The translations under genes and the position numbers were made by a program. A stretch of DNA of 64,000 bases from IMG/VR virus record IMGVR_UViG_3300036945_000368, positions 1 through 64,000 of that record. The stretch is one strand, 5' to 3'. A model generated the notes under the pieces. It was not told where the DNA came from, did not search any database, and was given only the letters and a program-made list of their open reading frames with translations. Positions 34,276-43,500 of this stretch are shown here, piece after piece (within the stretch, counting starts at the first letter, position 1; every line of letters starts with the position of its first letter). The stretch is from a virus.

Positions 34276-35259
34276 ATGCTAGAAAAATACCTGCTACCGA
34301 TCAATGAACGACCAGAACCTGTCGAGTTTGCAGACCAACAATTAAAAGTATTCTGGTTACCTGACGAAATTAAGGTCGAAAAGGATGTCCAGGATGTGTT
34401 AGTTAACTTTACTGAAGCTGAAAAGCATGCAGTTATTACCACCCTTAAATTATTCAGTATCTATGAAACCCACGCAGGTTCTGAATATTGGGGTGGTCGC
34501 TTTAAGGATATGTTTGATAGTGCGGAATTTCACCGCATGGGGTCCGTATTCTCTATGTTTGAATTGGCAGTGCATGCACCGTTCTATAATAAGATTAATC
34601 AACTATTGCATATTGATACTCCAGAGTTCTATATGTCGTATTTGGATAATGAAGTATTGAAAAGCCGTGTAGCACATATCGGTGAGATTATTGACCATCC
34701 TGATGATTTAATTTCGTTAGCTGCGTTTTCAATGGTAGAGGGTGTTATTCTGTACAGTTCATTTGCTTTCTTAAAGCATTACCAATCACAAGGTAAGAAT
34801 AAGTTAATGAATATTGTACGTGGTATTAACTTCTCTGTACGTGATGAGAATATGCATTCACAAGGTGGTGCATGGGCTTTCAAATATAAACTTGAACAGT
34901 TAAAGCAAGAGTTAACACCTGAAGCTTTTGAATTGCATAAATTAGCTATTGAATCTCAAGTTCGTGAAGTAGCTAAGAAAATTTATGAGCATGAGTGCCA
35001 GATTATCGCCATGCTATTTGAGAAGGGTGAAATTAAAGGTATTACTGCTCACCAACTAGAGAACTTCGTGCAGTCTCGTGTAAATGAATGCTTGAAGACT
35101 TTAGGTTTTGCTAAAGAGTACGATGTAAAATACAATCCGATTTCTGAGTGGTTCTACAAAGGAATTAACGATTATACCTTCAACGACTTTTTCTCAGGGA
35201 TGGGCAACCAGTATCACCGTAGTTGGGACAGTTCAGCGTTCGTATGGAATAAGGAATAA
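34276..35259 (+). CDS. nrdB: Ribonucleotide reductase class I beta subunit
   Basis: FWLPDE, E.AVH..FY, EGVILYSSF, RDENMH. Confidence 0.95.
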   Translation: MLEKYLLPINERPEPVEFADQQLKVFWLPDEIKVEKDVQDVLVNFTEAEKHAVITTLKLFSIYETHAGSEYWGGRFKDMFDSAEFHRMGSVFSMFELAVHAPFYNKINQLLHIDTPEFYMSYLDNEVLKSRVAHIGEIIDHPDDLISLAAFSMVEGVILYSSFAFLKHYQSQGKNKLMNIVRGINFSVRDENMHSQGGAWAFKYKLEQLKQELTPEAFELHKLAIESQVREVAKKIYEHECQIIAMLFEKGEIKGITAHQLENFVQSRVNECLKTLGFAKEYDVKYNPISEWFYKGINDYTFNDFFSGMGNQYHRSWDSSAFVWNKE

Positions 35260-35260
35260 A

Positions 35261-36964
35261 ATGACAGATAATATTTATAAGAAGTTGAGTGAAGAGCGTA
35301 AGGAGTTACAAGAACAGGGCTTAGTCCCTGAATGGTACACTACAGCTGGTTATCAGATGTTCAAAGATAAGTACGAGTACCAAACTGAAGGCCGATCTGT
35401 TCGTGGTCAGTTTTTACGAATCGCTAAGACTGCGGCTAAACACCTACCTGAAGATTTTAAAGTTAAGGCTGAAAATGAATTCTTTGATTTGTTTTGGAAC
35501 GGATGGTTGAGTCCTTCTACACCCGTACTTGCTAATATGGGTACTACTCGTGGTATGCCAGTATCTTGTTCCGGTACAGTCGTAGGTGATTCGGTAGATG
35601 GTTTCTATACTAACCTACATGAAGTAGCTACGTTAACTAAGCACGGTTTTGGTACTGCTAGTGATTTTTCTCATGTTCGCCCTCGCGGTTCTAAGATCAG
35701 TGTAGGTGGTAAAGCTTCTGGCGTTATTCCTGTAATTAAAGAACACGTTAATGCTATGCGTAATATCGCACAAGGTACTGCACGTAGAGGCGCATGGGCT
35801 TGTTACCTTGATATTGAACATGGTGATTTCCAAGAGGTAGTTGACCTGATTTCTTCAGAACCAGACGACTTAAATATCGGCTGGACCATTCGACAATCCT
35901 TTATTGATCGTTTAGATGCTGGCGATGCAGAAGCGTTAAATCGTTTCCAAGCTGCCATGAAGGTTAAGATGGTTACTGGTAAGGGTTACTTTTTCTTCAT
36001 CGATAAGGCCAATGCTAAACGTCCAGTAATGTACAAAGATTTAGGCTTGATGATTAATAACTCTCAGCTTTGCTCTGAGATTATGTTGTTCAATGATCTA
36101 GAGCATACTTACACTTGCGTATTATCTTCTATGAATGCTTCTAAATGGTATGAATGGAAAGACACTCAAGCTGTATATTGGGCTACAGTATTCTTAGATT
36201 GCGTAGCTAGTGAGTTCATTACTCGTGCTAAGGATGTAAAAGGATTAGAAAAAGCTGTAAGATTTACTGAAAAGAGTCGAGCCTTAGGTTTAGGTTTATG
36301 CGGCATCCATACTTTGTTTATGCAGAATATGTTGCCCTTTGAATCATTCGATGCCCATATGCTAAGTCAAGAGATTCAAGCACACATTGATGTTGAATCA
36401 TTACGTGCAAGTAAAGATTTAGCTGGAATCTTAGGTGAACCAGAGTGGTGCAAAGGTTATGGTTTACGTAATACCCACCGTATTGCTATTGCACCTACAA
36501 AGTCTACAGCATTACTAATGGGTGGTATCTCCGAAGGTATTAACCCTGACCCCGCTATGAGTTACAATCAAATGACAGCAGCTGGTGAGATTGATCGTTT
36601 GAACCCTGTTTTACTTGATATCATGAAAGCTAAAGGTGTTTACACTAAGAAGCATGTGCAAGAGATTACAGATAAACAAGGCTCAGTACAGCATGTCGAA
36701 TGGTTAACTGACGATGAAAAGCAAGTCTTTAAAACAGCTTTTGAGATTAATCAGAAGGCTGTGCTAAGGTTGGCTTCTGCGCGTAGCAAGTACATCGATC
36801 AATGGCAATCATTGAACCTGTTCTTTGCTGCTGATGAAGACCCTGCATGGATCGCTGAAGTTCACAAAGAGGCTTTCCACGATGAAAACATTTTAGCGTT
36901 ATACTACATTTACACTCAGGCTGGCGTACAAGCTGCTAAAGGTGAATGTGAAGCTTGTCAATAA
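35261..36964 (+). CDS. nrdA: Ribonucleotide reductase class I alpha subunit (no ATP cone evident)
   Basis: SPSTPVLAN, VSC, QGTARRG, SQLCSEI, IAPT, C-terminal CEACQ. Confidence 0.95.
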   Translation: MTDNIYKKLSEERKELQEQGLVPEWYTTAGYQMFKDKYEYQTEGRSVRGQFLRIAKTAAKHLPEDFKVKAENEFFDLFWNGWLSPSTPVLANMGTTRGMPVSCSGTVVGDSVDGFYTNLHEVATLTKHGFGTASDFSHVRPRGSKISVGGKASGVIPVIKEHVNAMRNIAQGTARRGAWACYLDIEHGDFQEVVDLISSEPDDLNIGWTIRQSFIDRLDAGDAEALNRFQAAMKVKMVTGKGYFFFIDKANAKRPVMYKDLGLMINNSQLCSEIMLFNDLEHTYTCVLSSMNASKWYEWKDTQAVYWATVFLDCVASEFITRAKDVKGLEKAVRFTEKSRALGLGLCGIHTLFMQNMLPFESFDAHMLSQEIQAHIDVESLRASKDLAGILGEPEWCKGYGLRNTHRIAIAPTKSTALLMGGISEGINPDPAMSYNQMTAAGEIDRLNPVLLDIMKAKGVYTKKHVQEITDKQGSVQHVEWLTDDEKQVFKTAFEINQKAVLRLASARSKYIDQWQSLNLFFAADEDPAWIAEVHKEAFHDENILALYYIYTQAGVQAAKGECEACQ

Positions 36965-36975
36965 AGGAGAAGGTG

Positions 36976-37536
36976 ATGAATTGGGAGAATATTTTTTATT
37001 ACGATGAAACATCTCCTACTTTTCTAAAGTGGAAATATACGCGCAGAAATTTTAAGTTTAATAATATTATTGTGCTGAAAGATGAGGTAGCAGGTTGTCT
37101 TAGATTTTATAAGAATGGTTTACCTAAAAATTCAGCTGTTAGCTTGAATAATTGTTCATACTATATTCACAGAATTATATACGAGATGGCTTTCATGGTT
37201 AATTTAAAACAGTACGAGATAGTAGACCATCTAGATGGTAATCCTCATAATAATAAATTGGAAAACTTGCGTTTAGTTTCCCTTAAGGATAATGCCCACA
37301 ATGTTAAAAAAATGTCTCATAATACAACAGGAATAACTGGTGTTGTTTATTCAAAATCTATAAATTCTTGGAGGGCAGTATGGTACAATGGAAATGGTAA
37401 GCAGTTGAGTAAAAGCTTCTCAGTTAACAAGTATGGTTTTGATAAAGCTAAACAACTTGCTATAGAGCTGAGAGCCTTATCAATATCTAAACTAATTCAA
37501 AATGGTAATCTATACACAGAAAGGCACGGTAAATGA
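36976..37536 (+). CDS. HNH-AP2 homing endonuclease
   Basis: HRII, VDHLDGN..NNKLENLR, GITGV, KSFSV.KYG. Confidence 0.88.
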   Translation: MNWENIFYYDETSPTFLKWKYTRRNFKFNNIIVLKDEVAGCLRFYKNGLPKNSAVSLNNCSYYIHRIIYEMAFMVNLKQYEIVDHLDGNPHNNKLENLRLVSLKDNAHNVKKMSHNTTGITGVVYSKSINSWRAVWYNGNGKQLSKSFSVNKYGFDKAKQLAIELRALSISKLIQNGNLYTERHGK

Positions 37537-37778
37537 AAAAGCTAGTTGTATTTTCAGCAGAGGGATGGTGTAGTAACTGTAAAGTACTTCATAAAAGTAT
37601 TGAAGCAGCAAAATTAGAAATTCCTGTAAATATTATCGATGTAGATAAAGACCCGCTTGCCGCTAAGGAGTTTTTAGTCCGTGGTGTACCTACGGTATTA
37701 CTCATGGAAGATAATCAAGTTATCAAGCGTTCTAGTGGCTCTATGACAGCTTCTCAACTTGTAGAGTTCTGCCAATGA
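37533..37778 (+). CDS. Thioredoxin
   Basis: WCSNC, VRGVPT. Confidence 0.88.
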   Translation: MKKLVVFSAEGWCSNCKVLHKSIEAAKLEIPVNIIDVDKDPLAAKEFLVRGVPTVLLMEDNQVIKRSSGSMTASQLVEFCQ

Positions 37779-38038
37779 AAGAAAACCAAAGAATTGACGA
37801 GAAATTTGAAGAATGGTTTTGGGAAACAGAGGACGGTTTCCAGTTTAGAGCCGAACGTTGTTTTCAATGGGCTCAACTGGCAGCTGAGAAACCTGAGTCA
37901 CTTAACCGCTTCTTAACTGATTGGATTAAGGGCGCTTATGAAGCCGCATATAAGCAAGGTTACCGTGATGCACTCTCTAGTTTGCATTACAAACCTGAAA
38001 ACAGTTCAGGTAATCCTGCAGTGATTCATTTACAATAG
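37775..38038 (+). CDS. Hypothetical protein
   Basis: ORF track; ATGA overlap. Confidence 0.65.
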   Translation: MKENQRIDEKFEEWFWETEDGFQFRAERCFQWAQLAAEKPESLNRFLTDWIKGAYEAAYKQGYRDALSSLHYKPENSSGNPAVIHLQ

Positions 38039-38046
38039 TTTAGACG

Positions 38047-38090
38047 AAAAAATACCCCGTAGTACCTTAGTTGGTATTACGGGGTTTTTC
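38047..38090. terminator. Bidirectional terminator between convergent modules
   Basis: A-run, ACCCCGTAGTACC/GGTATTACGGGGT, T-run. Confidence 0.88.
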
Positions 38091-38091
38091 T

Positions 38092-38583
38092 TTATGGTTT
38101 CCAAGCTGCGTATTCAGCAGCAGTTAAGACACCAGCAACATACATTTTATGTGAATTAGCTGGACGCATAACAGTTAAGTTTTGACGCTTTAAGGCAGGG
38201 TCAAATGAAATATGTACCCAACCTTTATCAGGTGTCATACTATACTCATGGATTAGTTGGTCATATTTAATACCGGATGCAGCGATTGCTTTACAGATAT
38301 CGTGTGGTGAACCAAAGCCATTACAACGAAAATCGATAGCAAAACCATCCATATGTGCTGACTTTTCTGAACCGCCTACCGCTACATTAACTTTTGGTAA
38401 ACGTAGCCAAGACTGTACGCTAATGGGTTTGCCAAGTAGTGCGCGTACTTGTTCCATACCTTGTGCTGCAATTTGCATATTTGCAAGCTGGAGAGTAGAT
38501 GGTGTATTGTCTACACCTAGCTCAATTGCTTTAGCTGAGTACGTACCCTCTTTGTACGTAAAATGCTCTGATAAATTTGTCAT
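38092..38583 (-). CDS. Endolysin, peptidase M15A family
   Basis: LSEHFT..E, R...N.AVGG..SAH..G.AID, DQLIHE, WVHIS. Confidence 0.9.
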   Translation of the reverse strand: MTNLSEHFTYKEGTYSAKAIELGVDNTPSTLQLANMQIAAQGMEQVRALLGKPISVQSWLRLPKVNVAVGGSEKSAHMDGFAIDFRCNGFGSPHDICKAIAASGIKYDQLIHEYSMTPDKGWVHISFDPALKRQNLTVMRPANSHKMYVAGVLTAAEYAAWKP

Positions 38584-39071
38584 TATTTAATACCTTTAAT
38601 CATTGCTTGGGTTTTATCTGCACTTGACTTAGAAGAGCCATAGAAGAAATTAAAAATTGAAGCAATCGCTGTACCTAATAGGAAACCTAAAATAATATTA
38701 GCGAAGTCTCTTGAACCTTCTGGCATAGTAAGAAAAGTTACACAAAAGAAGTATAGTGCTGAGACTACGGACCAAAACCATGCGAAGCGATACACGAAAT
38801 TTTTACTTTCAGAATCACCTTGAGCTAATGCAGCTTGTTGCATCTCTCTAGCGCTTGACCTGTCTTTTACTTCTTGCTCAAACATAAACTCGTCATGTTT
38901 CATTGCAGCTTCTTGTACAGCTGCTAATTTTTCAGGTGACATATTAGGTTCTAATTTAACACCTAATTTATCCTCCACATAGTCTAAACCTTTTGAGGTA
39001 ACAGCTTCTGCAACTTTACCTAAACCGTTTGAGACTAGCGAACTTATAATTCCTGCTAATAATGGTAACAT
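38583..39071 (-). CDS. Holin-like membrane protein (3TM gene-transfer-release type)
   Basis: DR.SAREM, two TMs, FFYGSS. Confidence 0.78.
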   Translation of the reverse strand: MLPLLAGIISSLVSNGLGKVAEAVTSKGLDYVEDKLGVKLEPNMSPEKLAAVQEAAMKHDEFMFEQEVKDRSSAREMQQAALAQGDSESKNFVYRFAWFWSVVSALYFFCVTFLTMPEGSRDFANIILGFLLGTAIASIFNFFYGSSKSSADKTQAMIKGIK

Positions 39072-39086
39072 AATATTCCTTAAGAA

Positions 39087-39104
39087 GTCCCGCCGAAGCG
39101 GGAC
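39087..39104 (-). terminator. UUCG hairpin
   Basis: GTCCCGC-TTCG-GCGGGAC on minus strand. Confidence 0.6.
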
Positions 39105-39109
39105 ATTGT

Positions 39110-39337
39110 TTACATACCTACAACTAATTTAAGCACATTTGTAATTCCAATCGATTGAGAGAGAATGACAAGTACTGCACCAGTAGCTAAATACTTAATC
39201 TGATTAAGAGTCTTTTCAATACTTGATAATGAAGCACTTAATACTGAAGAAATATCTTGTAACTTCTTTAATTCATTTGCATGGTCATCAACTTTTAACT
39301 CAAGTTTAATAACTCTATGTTCAATTTGTTCTTGCAC
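39110..39337 (-). CDS. Coiled-coil + TM protein (XhlA-like lysis accessory)
   Basis: Heptads followed by a C-terminal hydrophobic segment; next to lysis genes. Confidence 0.6.
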   Translation of the reverse strand: MQEQIEHRVIKLELKVDDHANELKKLQDISSVLSASLSSIEKTLNQIKYLATGAVLVILSQSIGITNVLKLVVGM

Positions 39338-39338
39338 G

Positions 39339-40574
39339 TTACTCTCCGATTAATTTTGCTATTAGTCTCTCTAATTGAGAAATTCGTTTATCTTGCTCTA
39401 CAACTCTTTCGGCTAACTTAACAGCAGATACCATAGCAGCATTACCATAAGCAACAGATAATTTGCCATCAGCTCCCTCGATAATGGCATTCGGCAGAAA
39501 AGTTCGTAAGGATTGAGCCCCAACTCCAACCTGTGTTTTATTTTCACAGTCTAGCCGATCATAAATTCCATGCTTTACTTTAGCTAGTTGCTCAATATAA
39601 TCTACTGGAAGTTCACGCCAATTAGTTTTTAAAGTCTCGTCTGAGAATGCTGTAATGTCACCACCTGATATAAAGTTAGCATTATTATATGTCCTAACAT
39701 TACCAGCTTCAGTTGCATGAATACCTACGGCATAAGTTTCATTATACCAGCCAGTATCACCTGTTGATCTGTGCCAGTTAGGGCAACTAAAGGAACCTGC
39801 ATATAACCAGTCAGAAGATGGGTTACAGTAAATTCCTCCTGTAGCATATACACCATTACCAGAGCCCCAAAGCATTTGGTAAGTGCTATTAGAGTCATTA
39901 CTATAGTTGATAACTACGCTACCAGCCGTGCCACTAATAGAGCCTTGAATCTGATTATTAAAAGTTTTAGTGCCTCCAATAGTTTGATCACCGGATGTGT
40001 ACACTCCATTAGTAACGCTACCAGCGTTACCTGAAATACTACCTGTAATTTGATTACTAAAAGTTTTAGTGCCTCCAATAGTTTGATCACCAACTGTGTA
40101 GACACCGTTAGTAACACTACCAGCATTACCTGAAATAGTACCGGTAATTTGACTACTAAAAGTTTTTGCACCTCCAATAGTCTGAGTACCTGTAGTATAT
40201 ACACCATTAGTGACAGTACCAGCATTACCTGAAATATCCCCACTAATCTGGCTACTGAAGGTTTTTACACCTCCAATAGTTTGAGTACCAGTGGTATATA
40301 CACCATTGGTTACAGTTGCAGCATTACCTGAAATGTTAATACCGTATAAGTCATTTGTAACTAAGTCAACCCAAGTTGAACCGTTCCATTTACGCCACTT
40401 ATTATTTTGGCTACTCCACCCAATAGAATCTACCGGAAGGTTACTAATAGTTGGGTCGCCTGATGGAGATTTAGCAGGGTCCAAACCTCTTGCTAAATCA
40501 TCAAAGCGATTATCCAACTCTTGTACGAAATTTATATACCCACTCGTTTGAGTAGGTAAACTATGATTTGCCAT
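39339..40574 (-). CDS. Tail fibre with 33-aa repeats and C-terminal S74 intramolecular chaperone
   Basis: NGVYT.G.QTIGG.KTF x4; FSDETLKTN. Confidence 0.85.
   Translation of the reverse strand: MANHSLPTQTSGYINFVQELDNRFDDLARGLDPAKSPSGDPTISNLPVDSIGWSSQNNKWRKWNGSTWVDLVTNDLYGINISGNAATVTNGVYTTGTQTIGGVKTFSSQISGDISGNAGTVTNGVYTTGTQTIGGAKTFSSQITGTISGNAGSVTNGVYTVGDQTIGGTKTFSNQITGSISGNAGSVTNGVYTSGDQTIGGTKTFNNQIQGSISGTAGSVVINYSNDSNSTYQMLWGSGNGVYATGGIYCNPSSDWLYAGSFSCPNWHRSTGDTGWYNETYAVGIHATEAGNVRTYNNANFISGGDITAFSDETLKTNWRELPVDYIEQLAKVKHGIYDRLDCENKTQVGVGAQSLRTFLPNAIIEGADGKLSVAYGNAAMVSAVKLAERVVEQDKRISQLERLIAKLIGE
39915..40335. repeat. 99-bp coding tandem repeat x4
   Basis: CCTCCAATAG at 39973, 40072, 40171, 40270. 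Confidence 0.9.
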
Positions 40575-40576
40575 TA

Positions 40577-43500
40577 TTAATATCCTTTAATAGACCAACC
40601 GACTCGGGCATCTTGCCTTACACCGGACGTTGAGTTAAAAACATAAACTCGCATTGATTGCGCATATGTGACTACAGCACCAGATGTACTAGATTGACCA
40701 GTAGCTACAGCCGTATATTGGTTATCATTTATCTTAGTTATTATATATACACCACTAGTGCCTGAACCACTAGAAAATGCTAGTCTAACTGCTTGACCTG
40801 TAATCAAACCGTGCGCAGTAGCGTTAACTGTAATAGTACCTGAACTAATTGCATAGGTACCTGAGATAGTTTCCTCATTAAAATCATAAACAGCTGTTAA
40901 TGGGGTAGTACCAGCAGCTGTTAGATTGATACTTTGAACCGCGATAAACTCTTTATTAAAGTTTACAATAGTTCCTAAACTGTCTGCAAGTAAACAAGTA
41001 GCACTATCAGAATCTGATATCTGCTTATTATCTAAACGAACTATTAATTTATCTAACTTATATAAATCTGCAGTTGTATTAGCTAATGCATTAATAGTAA
41101 CCCTAATATATTGAAAGTTAGTTGCAAATATGGCATCAAGTTTTTGAGGAGGTGTCCATGTTGTACCGTTAAGGCTAGTTTCAATTTCTGTATAAACAGA
41201 AGGTGTACCACTTACTACAGAACCTGTAAACTCTACGGTAATACTGCTACTAGCTAATAACTGATTATAATTAAACACTTCTTGATAATACGCAGGAGCA
41301 GTATTGGGTTGTGAGTAAATAGGGTAGTTTGCAGCAACTTGATCTTCAGGTGTATTCCATGACCTATTAGAAAAATGCTGTGCCCAAGTCTCAGAGTTAT
41401 TTACTAACATCAACAGTGATGTTGAGTTTGTAATATTACTTACATTGCTTTTTGTAGCTTGTAATGTACTAATGTATTCAGCATTAAATACGAAGTCAGG
41501 TGGTTGAGAAACTGTTAGTGCAATAGGAATAGGTGTAGATTCTCTATCATCAGTATCAACTACTGCTAACCAATAAGTATAGTTACCACCAGCTAATTCA
41601 AAGATAGAAGTAAAAGTACCACTCTTTTCACCAATAATCTTATCTGCATCTTCCCAAGATACTCCACGCTTAATTAAGATATGTGAAATTGGTAAGCTAG
41701 TCTTATTAGGTAAAACCCAACGAAGCAATACGTTATTATCCACAACGTCTGCATTGAAAGATACAATAGGTGCTGGAACATACTTAGGTACAGTTAGTGT
41801 AGCCGCTGGACTTACGTTACCGCTGATATCTATTACTTCGATTGAAATAACGGCATTACCTACCCAATCAGCATTACTGATGTACTTAGTGCTTGCAGTT
41901 GTTAAAACTTCTGTAGGTTTATCTGGCTTAGTAATAGTCAGTTTATATTCTCTAATAGTAAAGTTAATCTGGCTAGGAGGTTCCCAACTAAATGTAACTG
42001 TAGAATGAGTATTACTAGAGCTACCATACACATATGATAAGTTTGTAGGCTTATCAGGTAATGGGGCAGTGTAAATAATACTTGCACTAGTTGCACTATA
42101 ATTATTTCCATAGTCATAGGCTCTAATATAGTATGTTGTACTGTGGGCTGAATCTTCTGCTAAGGTAGAGCAGGTATTAGTTGAACCACTAAACACTCTA
42201 TTTGCAGATGTACCCCAACCAGTATTTGCAGTTCTTACTTCATAACCTTTAATATCAATCTCGGAATTATTATCCCAACTTAATCTTAAACGTCCAGTGT
42301 TGAGTTCTGCTTCATAATTAAAGTTAGTGACTTGACTAGGTAGAGATGTTTTACCAACAATAGTATTGTTAGCCCATTCAGTCCATTTACCAAAGCGTCC
42401 GTCTGAAGTTACATAACGTAATCTTACCTTATAAGTTTCACCTTCAACAACATTAGGCACTAGAATAGAACCAGAAGTATAATCTGTGCTGTTAATATTA
42501 TAATTTAAACTATCAGTAGAAGCTGCATAATCATATTGAATTTGAACAGATGCTATAGTAGCTGGAAGTTTAATATCATTAGTGTAAGATACTTTTAAGT
42601 TATATTTGAAAGCACCATCAGAGATTTTCTCCATTACTGACTCATCGCTGACAAGTTTAGTAATAGTTGGAATACTATCACCAAGACCTGCTAATGTTAA
42701 CTTAGGAGGTAAAGTAATTTGAGATTCAAAAACTGTACTTGCTGTTAATGTTAAATAATCAGTAAAGATGTTATAGGTATCTGTTACACCATAATCAACT
42801 AAAGTAATTCTAGCTGATTTATTAGTTGTAGGTTCAATACTCAGTACAATTAAATCCTGAGCTTCAGAATCAAGTTCACCAAACATAAATAAATCAGATG
42901 CATTAACTTCAGTACTTGTTGTAGAACTTGTAAGAGTTATCTGAGAGTAGTATCCATCGATACCTACGCTTTGAACATTTCGTACAACTGAGCTACCATT
43001 AGAAGAACGAACTCGAATAGTATAATTCAGACCGGACTGCATAGGAACTTCTTCGTCAAGTTCAAATACTGTGCTAGAGATTCTATTCTTAATCCTACCT
43101 GATGCTAAACCCCACATAGGGATATCATGAGATACTTTTACACGGTCACCGCGATTACAAACAAGGTATTCAATATCTACGTTAAGAGTATAAATCTCTG
43201 GTCTTAGTTTAGATTGCGCCATATGCCACTTAGCATGATCGATTACGCTGGACTTTTTAGTAACACCGGGGAGTTGAATCGCTTCAAACAATTCAGCATT
43301 ATTTTCATTTTTACCAATTGCATATACAATAATTTCACTCTCTTGATAGTTATTATCTTCATCAAAGTATGTTACTCTTAAACCATCTGGTAATTTAGGT
43401 AATGCTTTTGTTGATTCAAATCCCCAACTATTGTGTGGTGTAAAATGCTGAATAATATTTTCTTTAGCTTCATCAATAGTAACTGTCCACTTACCATCGA

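Noticed and set aside
23508-36964. Introns or inteins in the polymerase or RNR genes
   Set aside because: ORFs are continuous and of ordinary size; the HNH-AP2 gene is free-standing after nrdA
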